From Clostridia bacterium (GTDB taxonomy: Bacteria > Bacillota > Clostridia > Christensenellales > Borkfalkiaceae): a stretch of DNA of 27,658 nucleotides. The stretch is taken from the NCBI GenBank assembly GCA_017457345.1, contig JAFTHR010000116.1, forward strand, positions 1 to 27,658, written 5' to 3'. The position numbers and the translations under genes are program-made. Below the pieces are notes generated by a model that saw only the letters and a program-made list of their open reading frames with translations, was not told the origin of the DNA and did not search any database. Below are positions 1-10,687 of this stretch, piece after piece (the stretch's first letter is position 1; the number at the start of each line of letters is the position of its first letter).

Positions 1-2
1 CT

Positions 3-656
3 CTTAAAGAAGACGAAGAATCCTTTGAAGAAAAAATTGCCGCTTCCGCAACGGTGGATTTAACGCCGAAGAAGGTATTTGAAGTAATCAACGCGGAAAA
101 GCCGGAAGGCACGATTATCGCAACGGACGTTGGTCAACACCAAATGTGGACGGCGCAATACGTGAAGTTCGATAGAGCGCGTAGATTCGTTTCGAGCGGT
201 GGTCTTGGCACAATGGGCTTTGGTATGGGCGCGGCAATGGGCGCGTACGTAGCCACGAAAGATCCTACCGTGCTTATCACGGGTGACGGCAGTTTCGGGA
301 TGAACTTGAACGAACTTGCAACGGCGGTTGCAAACAACTTGCCTATCGTAATCGTACTTATGAACAACGGTGTGCTTGGTATGGTACGTCAATGGCAAAC
401 GTTGTTCTTTGGTCAACGTTATTCGCAAACGGTGCTCACCGATAGAAAAACGGACTTTGTAAAACTTGCGGAAGCGTGCGGTGCGGTAGGGTATCGCGCA
501 AGCACTAAGGCGGAGTTTGAAGATGCGTTCAAAAAAGCAATCAAACTTGGTAGACCGGTTGTAATCGACGCGTTAATCGATAAGGACGAATACGTGTTGC
601 CTATGTTGCCTCCGGGCGGTTCGATTGACGATATTATCGTGAACGTGAAAAAGTAA
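3..656 (+). CDS. ilvB: Acetolactate synthase large (catalytic) subunit, 5'-truncated by window edge
   Basis: Frame is open from position 3 to TAA at 654-656. It contains TDVGQHQMW, SGGLGTMGFG and the ThDP-binding GDGSF...NN motif, and lies directly upstream of the ACT regulatory subunit. Confidence 0.96.
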   Translation, partial: LKEDEESFEEKIAASATVDLTPKKVFEVINAEKPEGTIIATDVGQHQMWTAQYVKFDRARRFVSSGGLGTMGFGMGAAMGAYVATKDPTVLITGDGSFGMNLNELATAVANNLPIVIVLMNNGVLGMVRQWQTLFFGQRYSQTVLTDRKTDFVKLAEACGAVGYRASTKAEFEDAFKKAIKLGRPVVIDALIDKDEYVLPMLPPGGSIDDIIVNVKK

Positions 657-672
657 AAGGAGGGAGTGCAAA

Positions 673-1167
673 ATGAGTAAGTTTGTTATCGCTGTTTACG
701 TAGACAATAAGTACGGCGTGTTGACGAGAGTAACGAGTATGTTTACCCGCCGTGGTTTCAATATCGACGCGTTGACGGTTGGAGAAACGGAATCTCCCGA
801 GTATTCGCGTATCACCATTTGTATGAGCGGAGACGGGTATGCGCGCGAGCAAATGATCAACCAACTTCGCAAGTTATACAACGTGAAGAAAGTGGAAGTA
901 TTGCAAGAAGAAGCAATCAAGCGTGAATTGATGCTCATCAAAGTGAAAAACACGGGCGAGCATAGAAGTGAAATTATGACGGCAGTAGACGTGTTCCGCG
1001 CAAAGGTAATCGATTACACCACGAACGAAATGTGCATTGAAGTGACGGGTGAACCGAGCAAAATTGATGCGTTCGTGGCGTTGATGATTCCTTTCGGGAT
1101 TTTGGAGATGTGCCGCACGGGTATCGTAGCGCTCGAACGTGGAGCAACTACGTTGTTTGAAAAGTAA
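673..1167 (+). CDS. ilvN: Acetolactate synthase small (regulatory, ACT) subunit
   Basis: N-terminus V.N..GVLTRV..MFTRRGFNIDAL.VG.TE and C-terminal E.CRTG.VAL.RG are typical of IlvN/IlvH; AGGAGGGAG RBS upstream. Confidence 0.96.
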   Translation: MSKFVIAVYVDNKYGVLTRVTSMFTRRGFNIDALTVGETESPEYSRITICMSGDGYAREQMINQLRKLYNVKKVEVLQEEAIKRELMLIKVKNTGEHRSEIMTAVDVFRAKVIDYTTNEMCIEVTGEPSKIDAFVALMIPFGILEMCRTGIVALERGATTLFEK

Positions 1168-1188
1168 TAAAAAAGTAATTAAAAATAA

Positions 1189-2238
<1,050 letters not shown>

Positions 2239-2252
2239 TCAAATAAAATCGC

Positions 2253-2296
2253 ACGGGAGAAAACGGCTTGTTTCGGCAAACCGTTTTCAAGCCCGT
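2253..2296 (+). other. Intergenic RNA stem-loop between ilvC and ilvD, no U-tract
   Basis: ACGGG(2253-57)/CCCGT(2292-96), GAAAACGG(2259-66)/CCGTTTTC(2281-88) and TTGT/GCAA closing a TTCG loop (2272-75). It ends just before the ilvD RBS. Confidence 0.7.
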
Positions 2297-2315
2297 TAGA
2301 AAGGAAATAAGCATT

Positions 2316-3977
2316 ATGATGAAAGAAAAAATCGTTGACGGGTTTCAAAACGCCCCTCATCGTTCCTTGTATCACGCGCTTGGGTTGACGGACGAAGAAC
2401 TTTCCAAACCGCTTATCGGGATTGTAAGTTCTTATAACGAAATCGTGCCCGGGCACATGAATCTTGATAAAATTACGCAAGCCGTAAAACTCGGCGTTGC
2501 AATGGCGGGCGGTACGCCGATTATGTTCCCTGCTATCACCGTTTGCGACGGGATTGCAATGGGGCACGTGGGGATGAAGTATTCCCTTGTCACGCGCGAT
2601 CTTATTGCCGACTCCACCGAAGCAATGGTTATGGCGCACGGGTTCGACGGGCTCGTAATGATCCCCAACTGCGATAAGAACGTTCCGGGGCTTTTGATGG
2701 CGGCGGCACGTTTGAATATCCCCACCGTATTCGTGAGCGGCGGTCCTATGCTCGCAGGGAGAGTAGGCGGTAAAAAGCGTTCGCTTTCTAGTATGTTCGA
2801 AGCGGTAGGTGCTTATAGTGCAGGCAAAATCGGGGAAGAACAACTTTGTGAATTTGAGAAAAAGGCTTGCCCTACCTGTGGTTCGTGTTCGGGTATGTAT
2901 ACCGCGAACTCTATGAACTGCTTAACCGAAGTGCTCGGTATGGGTTTAAAAGGCAACGGTACCATTCCCGCGGTATATTCGGCGCGTATTGAACTTGCCA
3001 AACACGCAGGTATGCAAGTAATGGAACTTGTTCGCAAGAACATCCGTCCTAGAGATATTATGACCAAGGCTGCAATCCGCAACGCAATCACGGCGGATAT
3101 GGCGCTCGGCTGTTCGACGAACAGTATGCTCCATTTGCCCGCAATTGCCAACGAATGCGGCGTGGAATTCAATTTAGACGAAGTAAACGAAATCAGCGAA
3201 AAAACGCCGAACCTTTGTCACCTTGCGCCCGCCGGCCCCACGTATATGGAAGACTTGAACGAAGCAGGCGGCGTATACGCGGTACTCAAAGAAATTGATA
3301 AACTCGGCTTGCTCGATACGAGCGTGATGACGGTGACGGGCAAAACGCTTGGCGAAAATATCGCTACCGCGGTGAACTCTGACGAAGAAGTTATCCGCAC
3401 GATCGATACAGCGTTTAGCAAAACGGGCGGTATCGCGGTGCTCAAAGGCAACCTTGCTCCAGACGGGTGCGTGGTGAAGCGCAGCGCCGTGGCAAAGGAA
3501 ATGCTCGTACACGAAGGCCCTGCCAAAGTTTACGAAAGTGAAGAAGAAGCGATTGCCGCTATCTACGCAGGGAAAATTGTGAAAGGGGACGTGGTGGTTA
3601 TCCGCTACGAAGGCCCTGCAGGCGGCCCTGGTATGCGCGAAATGCTTTCCCCCACTTCTGCAATTGCAGGGATGGGCTTGGATAAGGACGTTGCGCTTAT
3701 TACGGATGGTCGTTTCTCGGGCGCTACGCGCGGTGCATCTATCGGTCACGTTTCTCCCGAAGCGGTTTCGGGCGGCTTGATTGCATACGTAAAGAACGGC
3801 GATATCATTTCGATCGATATTCCTAACTACAAAATCGAACTCAAAGTTTCTAGCGAAGAGATTGAAAAGCGTAAAAAGGAAATGCCGATCAAGAAGAAAG
3901 AAAATATCAAGGGCTATTTAAAACGTTACGCAGCGCAAGTAAGTTCGGCGGACAAAGGCGCTATTATCAATAAATAA
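2316..3977 (+). CDS. ilvD: Dihydroxy-acid dehydratase
   Basis: [42 protein letters not shown] and TDGRFSG. Start placed at ATG 2316 behind AAAGGA rather than at the ORF-track TTG 2268. Confidence 0.97.
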   Translation: MMKEKIVDGFQNAPHRSLYHALGLTDEELSKPLIGIVSSYNEIVPGHMNLDKITQAVKLGVAMAGGTPIMFPAITVCDGIAMGHVGMKYSLVTRDLIADSTEAMVMAHGFDGLVMIPNCDKNVPGLLMAAARLNIPTVFVSGGPMLAGRVGGKKRSLSSMFEAVGAYSAGKIGEEQLCEFEKKACPTCGSCSGMYTANSMNCLTEVLGMGLKGNGTIPAVYSARIELAKHAGMQVMELVRKNIRPRDIMTKAAIRNAITADMALGCSTNSMLHLPAIANECGVEFNLDEVNEISEKTPNLCHLAPAGPTYMEDLNEAGGVYAVLKEIDKLGLLDTSVMTVTGKTLGENIATAVNSDEEVIRTIDTAFSKTGGIAVLKGNLAPDGCVVKRSAVAKEMLVHEGPAKVYESEEEAIAAIYAGKIVKGDVVVIRYEGPAGGPGMREMLSPTSAIAGMGLDKDVALITDGRFSGATRGASIGHVSPEAVSGGLIAYVKNGDIISIDIPNYKIELKVSSEEIEKRKKEMPIKKKENIKGYLKRYAAQVSSADKGAIINK

Positions 3978-3978
3978 T

Positions 3979-4578
3979 ATGAAGGCGTTTGAAACGGAAA
4001 TCCCCGAAGGGTACGTGGAAAAGTTGCATATCAACGCAACGGATAAAAAAACGGGTTTAATTTTTAACGGCATAGCGTTTTTGGTGCTCATTGCCGTGCT
4101 TGCGGTTGTTATTCCCACGTCGAACGGCAGTTTAAGCAATATGATAAGTGAAAACGTTATGTTTCTTGCGCTTGCTTGTGTGGTTATCGGCGGCGGCTTA
4201 ACGGTGTATATGGTTTTGCACGAACTCGTGCACGGCTTGGCGTATAAACTGTTGACCAAACAAAAACTGACGTTCGGGATGACGTGGAGTTGTGCGTTTT
4301 GCGGGGTGCCGAACGTGTTCGTGTATCGCAAAACGGCGCTAATCGCGTTGACCGCGCCGCTTATCACGTTCACGGTGGTATTGCTGCCGGCGTTGATTTT
4401 TGCGGGTGTGTACGGTTCTTGGCTCTATATTCCGCTCGGCATTATTTTTGGAATGCACTTGGGCGGTTGTAGTGGAGATGCGTATTTAACGTGGTTGCTT
4501 TTAACCCGTTTCCGTAGTGGTGAAACGTTGGTGCGTGATACCGGACCGGAACAATTTATTTATCAAAAAGAAGAATAA
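3979..4578 (+). CDS. Membrane protein with HExxH motif, DUF3267-like putative zincin peptidase
   Basis: HELVHG motif, several hydrophobic segments, ALTAP and GCSGD motifs. Family call is from motif recall, not from a search. Confidence 0.75.
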   Translation: MKAFETEIPEGYVEKLHINATDKKTGLIFNGIAFLVLIAVLAVVIPTSNGSLSNMISENVMFLALACVVIGGGLTVYMVLHELVHGLAYKLLTKQKLTFGMTWSCAFCGVPNVFVYRKTALIALTAPLITFTVVLLPALIFAGVYGSWLYIPLGIIFGMHLGGCSGDAYLTWLLLTRFRSGETLVRDTGPEQFIYQKEE

Positions 4579-4603
4579 GGCTATAAAAAGGCAGGAAAAA
4601 ATT

Positions 4604-5875
4604 ATGTCAATGACAATGACTCAAAAAATCCTTGCGGCGCACGCGGGGCTTGAAAAGGTGGAAGCAGGGCAACTTATCCTTGTCAATTTGGATAGAGTGC
4701 TCGGCAACGACATTACTTCTCCTGTGGCGATTCGTGAGTTTAACCGTATCGGCGCAACGAAGGTGTACGATAAAGAAAAGGTGACGATGGTCATGGATCA
4801 CTTCGCACCGAACAAGGATATTAAAGCGGCAATTCAATGCAAAATGTGCCGAGACTTTTGTGGTGAACACGAAGTGGTGAACTTTTTCGACGTTGGTCGT
4901 ATGGGGATCGAACACGCGTTGTTGCCTGAAAAGGGCTTGGTGGTTGCAGGGGACGTGGTAATCGGTGCCGATTCGCATACCTGTACTTACGGGGCGCTTG
5001 GTGCGTTCTCCACGGGCGTAGGCTCTACCGATATGGCGGTAGGTATGGCAACGGGCAAGGCTTGGTTTAAAGTGCCTTCGGCTATCAAGTTCGTGCTCAA
5101 AGGAAAATTAAATCCTTTCGTTTCGGGTAAGGACGTTATTTTGCACATTATCGGTAAAATCGGTGTAGACGGCGCGCTTTATAAGTCTATGGAATTCGTA
5201 GGCGAAGGGGTAAAATCGCTTTCGGTGTTCGATAGATTAACCATTTCGAATATGGCGATTGAAGCAGGCGCAAAGAACGGCATTTTTGAAGTGGACGAAC
5301 AAACGCTTGCGTATATCGAAGAGCGCTCGAACAGAAAACCCGTCGTTTACAAAGCGGATGAAGACGCGGTATACGACGAAACGTATGAAATAGATCTTTC
5401 CACGATCCGTTCCACGGTGGCGTTCCCGCACTTGCCTGAAAACACGAAAACGGCAGAAGAGTGGGGAGAAGTAAAAATAGACCAAGTTGTAATCGGTTCT
5501 TGCACGAACGGGTATTATAAGGATTTGGAAGAAGCGGCAAAAATCTTGAAAGGGAAAAAGATTGCAAAGCACGTGCGCGCGATCATTATTCCCGCCACGC
5601 AGGATATTTACTTAAAGGCAATGGAAAACGGCTTGCTTAAAATTTTCATTGAAGCGGGTTGCGTTGTATCCACGCCTACTTGCGGCCCTTGCCTTGGCGG
5701 ACATATGGGTATTTTGGCGGCAGGCGAACGCGCCGTTGCCACTACGAATAGAAACTTCGTAGGGCGCATGGGCGACGTGAAGTCGGAAGTGTACCTTGCA
5801 AGCCCCGCAGTTGCGGCGGCGAGTGCAGTAGCAGGAAAAATTGCCGATCCGAACGAAGTGATGAAGGGGGAGTAA
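4604..5875 (+). CDS. leuC: 3-isopropylmalate dehydratase large subunit (short ~420 aa type)
   Basis: MTMTQKILA start, [23 protein letters not shown] and CGPCLGGH Fe-S cysteines, TTNRNF.GRMG. Start moved to ATG 4604. Confidence 0.96.
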   Translation: MSMTMTQKILAAHAGLEKVEAGQLILVNLDRVLGNDITSPVAIREFNRIGATKVYDKEKVTMVMDHFAPNKDIKAAIQCKMCRDFCGEHEVVNFFDVGRMGIEHALLPEKGLVVAGDVVIGADSHTCTYGALGAFSTGVGSTDMAVGMATGKAWFKVPSAIKFVLKGKLNPFVSGKDVILHIIGKIGVDGALYKSMEFVGEGVKSLSVFDRLTISNMAIEAGAKNGIFEVDEQTLAYIEERSNRKPVVYKADEDAVYDETYEIDLSTIRSTVAFPHLPENTKTAEEWGEVKIDQVVIGSCTNGYYKDLEEAAKILKGKKIAKHVRAIIIPATQDIYLKAMENGLLKIFIEAGCVVSTPTCGPCLGGHMGILAAGERAVATTNRNFVGRMGDVKSEVYLASPAVAAASAVAGKIADPNEVMKGE

Positions 5876-5876
5876 G

Positions 5877-6371
5877 ATGAAATTTCAAGGAAAAGTAATT
5901 AAATACGGTAATAACGTGGATACCGACGTAATTATCCCCGCTCGTTATCTCAACACGAGCGATCACAAAGAACTTGCCGCTCATTGCATGGAAGACATTG
6001 ATAAGGATTTTGTGAACAAAGTTGAAAACGGCGATATCATGGTAGCAGGGTTTAACTTTGGTTGTGGCTCTTCGCGCGAGCACGCGCCGATCGCCATTAA
6101 AGCGAGCGGCATTTCGCTCGTTGTTGCCAAGAGTTTTGCTCGAATTTTCTACCGCAACGCCATCAATATCGGGCTTGCAATCGTAGAGAGTGAAGAAGCC
6201 GTGGAAGGCATTTCGAACGGTGACGTGGTAGAAGCCGATTTAACCAACGGTTTGCTCGTGAACAAGACCAAGGGGCAATCCTTCCCCATTACGCCGTTCC
6301 CCGAATTTATCCAAAAGATTATTGAAAACGGCGGGCTTGTAGAATCGGTGAAAAAAGGCGTTATTGCTTAA
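5877..6371 (+). CDS. leuD: 3-isopropylmalate dehydratase small subunit
   Basis: [24 protein letters not shown] and [15 protein letters not shown]; 1 nt after the leuC stop. Confidence 0.97.
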   Translation: MKFQGKVIKYGNNVDTDVIIPARYLNTSDHKELAAHCMEDIDKDFVNKVENGDIMVAGFNFGCGSSREHAPIAIKASGISLVVAKSFARIFYRNAINIGLAIVESEEAVEGISNGDVVEADLTNGLLVNKTKGQSFPITPFPEFIQKIIENGGLVESVKKGVIA

Positions 6372-6386
6372 CGAAAGGAGAGAACA

Positions 6387-7457
6387 ATGAACTATAAAAT
6401 TGGGCTTTTAAGAGGGGACGGAATCGGTCCTGAAATCGTGGATAGCGCCGTGCGCGTGCTTGAAAAAATCGGTGAAAAATACGGTCACAGTTTCTCGTTT
6501 ACGCCGTATCTTATCGGCGGCGCGGCAATCGATCAATGTGGCGAGCCGTTGCCGAAAGAAACGGTAGAAGGCTGCCTTGCATCCGATAGCGTGTTGCTTG
6601 GCGCTGTCGGCGGACCTAAATGGGACGGTTTATCGGGGGATAAACGCCCCGAAAAGGCGCTTCTTGGGATTCGTGCGGCAATGGGGCTTTTCACCAACTT
6701 GCGCCCTGCTAAATTATATCCTGCATTAAAAGCGGATTGTCCTTTGCGTGAAGATATCGTTGCGCAAGGGTTCGATATCGTTATCGTGCGGGAACTTACG
6801 GGCGGCATTTATTTCGGCGACCGCGGCTATCGCACGGGCAAGTACGGTGAAGAAGCGTTCGATACCGAAGCGTATAGCCGTATGGAAATTGAACGGATAG
6901 CGAAAGTGGCGTTTGAAACGGCGCGCAAGAGAAATAAAAAACTTACGAGCATTGATAAAGCAAACGTGCTCGAAACTTCTCGTCTTTGGAGAAAAATCGT
7001 GCACGAAATGGCGGCGGATTATCCCGACGTTTCTTGCAGCGATATGCTCGTGGACAACGCGGCAATGCAACTCGTTCGCAATCCCGCTCAATTCGACGTG
7101 ATCGTCACTTCGAATATGTTTGGGGATATCTTATCGGACGAAGCCTCTCAAATTACGGGCTCTATCGGTATGCTTCCTAGCGCTTCGCTTGGGGACAACA
7201 CGTGTGGGCTTTACGAGCCGATTCACGGTAGCGCGCCCGATATTGCAGGGCAAAACAAGGCGAACCCGATTGCAACCATTTTGTCGGCGGCTATGATGCT
7301 TTTGTACTCGTTCAACTTAGCAAAAGAATCGCAGGCGATTGTAGACGCGGTGGATAGAGTTTTGAACGATGGGTATAGAACGGCGGATTTGGCGCACGGT
7401 AAACCTAGCCTTTCAACGGTAGAAATGACCGATAAAATTATTGAATATCTGGATTGA
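6387..7457 (+). CDS. leuB: 3-isopropylmalate dehydrogenase
   Basis: [42 protein letters not shown] and [13 protein letters not shown]. Confidence 0.97.
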   Translation: MNYKIGLLRGDGIGPEIVDSAVRVLEKIGEKYGHSFSFTPYLIGGAAIDQCGEPLPKETVEGCLASDSVLLGAVGGPKWDGLSGDKRPEKALLGIRAAMGLFTNLRPAKLYPALKADCPLREDIVAQGFDIVIVRELTGGIYFGDRGYRTGKYGEEAFDTEAYSRMEIERIAKVAFETARKRNKKLTSIDKANVLETSRLWRKIVHEMAADYPDVSCSDMLVDNAAMQLVRNPAQFDVIVTSNMFGDILSDEASQITGSIGMLPSASLGDNTCGLYEPIHGSAPDIAGQNKANPIATILSAAMMLLYSFNLAKESQAIVDAVDRVLNDGYRTADLAHGKPSLSTVEMTDKIIEYLD

Positions 7458-7460
7458 TAT

Positions 7461-8633
7461 ATGGCAAAAGATCTTGGAAAAATCTATGACGCGTTTTGTA
7501 CGACCGCCGTTTTTTGCGAGACGGTAGAAAAACCGTTGTTCCGCTATTTTGAGCGGTATATGGAAAGCGAAACGCGCGCGGAAAAAATGCGTGCGTACGG
7601 AAAATTCGTTGCCGAAATTTACGCGCTCGGCGGCTCGTTGACGGACGCCGTTTGTAGGCTGTTATCGGAAGACGAAAACGTGTTCGTGAAAACGGCGGCA
7701 AGAGAAGAGCCGGTAAAGGCTTGCATAGCGCAAGCAACGAAAGCGGAACTTACGGCTTTTTCGGCGTTCGCTTCGCTCACCTTAGCGGACTTTGAAGCGG
7801 ATTTAAAGGAAAGCGGCTTGCCTGCATTTGAAAGCAAACCGATCGATTTAGTGGCGTATTATAGCGAGCGTTTAAAAAATATCGAACGCCATGGCTACGG
7901 AATTTTTGCCACCAACGGAATGTTCCGTTTTTCAGACGATAAGCAAATCGTGCCTATTCGTGCGGCGGATAAGATACCCATGTCTCACTTCGTCGGCTAT
8001 GAAAGAGAGCGCCAGGCGGTGGTGGATAACACCCTTTCGTTCTTGCAAGGAAAGCCTGCGGCGAACGTGCTTTTATACGGAGACGCGGGGGCAGGTAAGT
8101 CTTCTACGGTAAAAGCGATTGCAAATAAGTATTTTGATCAAGGCTTACGGCTCATAGAAATTCGAAAGAACCAACTTTGCCATTTGCCGCTCGTTATGGA
8201 AAAGATTGCGCAAAACCCTTTGAAGTTTATTTTGTTTATCGACGATCTTTCTTTCCAACAAAGCGACGACGATTTCAGTATGCTCAAAGCGGCGCTCGAA
8301 GGTTCGGCTTCCGCGCGTGCGGAAAACTGCTTACTGTATGCAACGAGCAATCGCCGCCATATCGTGAGAGAAACGTTTGCGGATAGGGAAGGTGGAGACG
8401 TGCATAGAAACGACACGCTCCAAGAAACTCTCTCGCTTTCCGAGCGGTTTGGCTTAACCGTTTACTTTTCAAAACCGGATAAAAAATTATATCTTGAAAT
8501 TGTGGAAGGGCTTGCAAAACGCAAAGGGATTGCGTTCGACGCCGACGTGGCGACGAGAGCGGAAGCGTTCGCTTTAAAACGCGGCAACCGCAGCGCGCGG
8601 TGCGCCGAACAATTTGTGGATAGTTTGTTATAA
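7461..8633 (+). CDS. AAA+ family ATP-binding protein, DUF815-like
   Basis: Walker A GDAGAGKSS, Walker B ILFIDDLSF, YATSNRRH and SLSERFGL motifs. Confidence 0.85.
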   Translation: MAKDLGKIYDAFCTTAVFCETVEKPLFRYFERYMESETRAEKMRAYGKFVAEIYALGGSLTDAVCRLLSEDENVFVKTAAREEPVKACIAQATKAELTAFSAFASLTLADFEADLKESGLPAFESKPIDLVAYYSERLKNIERHGYGIFATNGMFRFSDDKQIVPIRAADKIPMSHFVGYERERQAVVDNTLSFLQGKPAANVLLYGDAGAGKSSTVKAIANKYFDQGLRLIEIRKNQLCHLPLVMEKIAQNPLKFILFIDDLSFQQSDDDFSMLKAALEGSASARAENCLLYATSNRRHIVRETFADREGGDVHRNDTLQETLSLSERFGLTVYFSKPDKKLYLEIVEGLAKRKGIAFDADVATRAEAFALKRGNRSARCAEQFVDSLL

Positions 8634-8652
8634 ACCCTTAAAAGGAGAAAAT

Positions 8653-9846
8653 ATGCTTACTCTAGATAACGTGTATCGCGCAAGTTATGCGCTGAAAGAA
8701 GTAGTTCGTAAAACGGACGTCATCTACGCGCCAAAACTCAAAAAAGGCGCGAACTTATACTTAAAAACCGAGAACTTGCAAATTACGGGTTCTTTCAAGG
8801 TGCGTGGCGCGTATTATAAAATGACTCGCCTTTCGGAAGAAGAAAAAGCCCGCGGGGTGGTGGCTTGTTCGGCAGGCAACCACGCACAAGGCGTTGCGCT
8901 TGCGGCGGCAAAAAGCGGCATTAAGTCGGTAATTTGCTTGCCGGACGGCGCACCCATTTCCAAGGTAGAAGCAACGAAAAGTTACGGTGCGGAAGTGTGC
9001 CTTGTAGAAGGCGTGTACGACGACGCGTATAAAAAGGCGTTAGAACTCCGCGATACGCAAGGCTACACCTTTATTCACCCGTTTAACGACGAAGACGTTA
9101 TCGCCGGGCAAGGAACGATCGCTTTGGAACTTTCCGAGCAAATCCCGGATTTAGACGCGATTATCGTGCCTATCGGTGGCGGCGGCTTGATTGCGGGTAT
9201 GGCGTATACGATTAAGACGATCAATCCCAAGGTAAAGGTATACGGCGTGCAAGCGGCGGGTGCGCCTTCTATGTATCAATCGGTAAAGGACGGGCAAATT
9301 GAAGAACTTGCATCCGTCTCCACGATTGCAGACGGGATTGCGGTAAAACAACCCGGAGATTTAACCTACGAACTTTGCAAAAAATACGTAGACGAAATCG
9401 TCACCGTTTCCGACGACGAGATCTCGGCGGCAATTTTGGCGCTTATGGAACAACACAAACTCGTTACGGAAGGCGCGGGTGCGGTATCCGTAGCGGCGGC
9501 AATGTTCGGCAAAGTGCCCGTGGAAGGCAAGAAAACGGTTTGCCTGCTTTCGGGCGGTAATATCGACGTGACCATTTTATCCCGTGTGATTAAGCGTGGG
9601 CTTTTGATGTCGGGTAGAAGTTGCCAACTTATGATCGAACTCGTCGATAAACCCGGGCAACTGAAAAACGTATCCCGCATTATTGCCGATCTTGGCGGCA
9701 ACGTCACTTCGGTACACCACGAACGTGCAAACGAAGGGTCAGACGTAAACGGTTGCTACCTTCGTATTATCCTTGAAACGCGGAACTTTGAACACATTGC
9801 GCAAATCAAGAAAGCGCTTACGGATTTTGGTTTCAAACTGTTATAA
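8653..9846 (+). CDS. ilvA: Threonine ammonia-lyase with C-terminal ACT domain
   Basis: LKTENLQITGSFKVRGA (PLP lysine), SAGNHAQG, PIGGGGL and LSGGNID; ACT domain L.DKPGQL. Start at ATG 8653 behind AAAGGAG. Confidence 0.95.
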   Translation: MLTLDNVYRASYALKEVVRKTDVIYAPKLKKGANLYLKTENLQITGSFKVRGAYYKMTRLSEEEKARGVVACSAGNHAQGVALAAAKSGIKSVICLPDGAPISKVEATKSYGAEVCLVEGVYDDAYKKALELRDTQGYTFIHPFNDEDVIAGQGTIALELSEQIPDLDAIIVPIGGGGLIAGMAYTIKTINPKVKVYGVQAAGAPSMYQSVKDGQIEELASVSTIADGIAVKQPGDLTYELCKKYVDEIVTVSDDEISAAILALMEQHKLVTEGAGAVSVAAAMFGKVPVEGKKTVCLLSGGNIDVTILSRVIKRGLLMSGRSCQLMIELVDKPGQLKNVSRIIADLGGNVTSVHHERANEGSDVNGCYLRIILETRNFEHIAQIKKALTDFGFKLL

Positions 9847-9861
9847 AAAGGAGAAAGAACA

Positions 9862-10245
9862 ATGGCAGAAAAACTCGTAAAAATCTCCACGGAGAAAGCC
9901 CCTGCGGCAATCGGTCCGTACTCCCAAGCAATCGTATGCGGCGGAATGCTCTATACGTCTGGTCAAATCGGCATCAACCCCGCAACGGGCGCGATTGAAG
10001 GCAAAACTACGGCGGAGCAATCCGAACAAGTGATGCAAAACTTGAAAGCGGTGCTTGAAGCGGCGGGAACGTCGTTTGCGAACGTAGTAAAAACCACCTG
10101 TTTTTTGGCGGATATAGCCGATTTTGCAGCGTTTAACGAGGTGTACGGTAAATACTTTACCGAAAAACCCGCAAGAAGTTGCGTGGCGGCAAAGGACTTG
10201 CCCAAAGGCGCGCTCGTGGAAGTGGAAGTTATCGCTCAACTTTAA
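9862..10245 (+). CDS. ridA: RidA/YjgF family reactive enamine/imine deaminase
   Basis: APAAIGPYSQA, SGQIG, F..FN.VY..YF, PARSCV and LPKGALVEVE. Confidence 0.93.
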   Translation: MAEKLVKISTEKAPAAIGPYSQAIVCGGMLYTSGQIGINPATGAIEGKTTAEQSEQVMQNLKAVLEAAGTSFANVVKTTCFLADIADFAAFNEVYGKYFTEKPARSCVAAKDLPKGALVEVEVIAQL

Positions 10246-10283
10246 AAAAGGTTTCCCCGTTTATCAAAAACGGGGGACTTTTT
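10246..10283 (+). terminator. Intrinsic terminator ending the ilv-leu operon
   Basis: CCCCGTTT(10255-62)/AAACGGGG(10268-75) stem, extendable, followed by TTTTT (10279-83). Confidence 0.85.
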
Positions 10284-10327
10284 GTGTAAAGTACTTATAA
10301 AAAAAGTAAAAAACTCCGTAAAATCGG

Positions 10328-10356
10328 TTGACAAACCTTTACAAAAGGTATATACT
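10328..10356 (+). promoter_or_regulatory. SigA promoter of the hisR-his operon
   Basis: TTGACA (10328-33), 17 nt spacer, TATACT (10351-56). Confidence 0.9.
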
Positions 10357-10372
10357 TTAACTAAGTAAAGCG
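10353..10372. promoter_or_regulatory. Putative HisR (TrpR-family) operator
   Basis: TACTTTAACTAAGTAAAGCG contains the CTTTA-N6-TAAAG palindrome. It matches the HisR consensus as I recall it (YACTTTANYNNRNTAAAGTR) at 19/20 positions and overlaps the -10 box. Confidence 0.8.
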
Positions 10373-10395
10373 ATAAACCGATAAAGGGGAAAAGT

Positions 10396-10683
10396 ATGAA
10401 GCAATTACAAACGGAAGAAGTGAAGGCGTTATTCGAGGCGATTTTATCCCTTGAAACGGTGGAGGAGTGCTACTCTTTCTTTGAGGACGCCTGCACGGTA
10501 AAAGAGATTTTAGACGTGGCGCAACGCTTAAAAGCGGCAAAGATGCTCAAAGAAGGAGAAAGCTATGCCACGGTTTGTAAAGAAACGGGGATGAGTTCGG
10601 CAACGGTTAGCCGTGTGAACCGTTGCTTAGAATATGGCAACGGCGGGTACGCGTTAGTGATTGATCGCGCGTGTAAGGAGTGA
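10396..10683 (+). CDS. hisR: YerC/YecD TrpR-like repressor, probable histidine repressor HisR
   Basis: LF.AILSL...EECY.FFED.CT..E...AQRL and G.SSAT.SRVNRCL.YG..GY; first gene of the his operon. Confidence 0.88.
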   Translation: MKQLQTEEVKALFEAILSLETVEECYSFFEDACTVKEILDVAQRLKAAKMLKEGESYATVCKETGMSSATVSRVNRCLEYGNGGYALVIDRACKE

Positions 10684-10687
10684 AAAA

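Noticed and set aside
2555-5915. Single-residue variants in IlvD (ITVCDG) and LeuD (GNNVDTD) as further signs of sequence error
   Set aside because: Such variants plausibly occur naturally in these families, and I cannot call them lesions without an alignment.
7455-7463. leuB TGA followed in frame by TAT-ATG of the AAA+ gene, a possible readthrough fusion
   Set aside because: LeuB ends at its normal length. Same-frame neighbours also occur with TAA stops (hisC/hisB, uvrB/uvrA), so chance is sufficient.
10277-10308. ACTTT-N6-AAAGT and TACTT-N7-AAGTA inverted repeats upstream of the his -35
   Set aside because: The spacing does not match the HisR site, the region is AT-rich and partly terminator tail, so these are likely chance.
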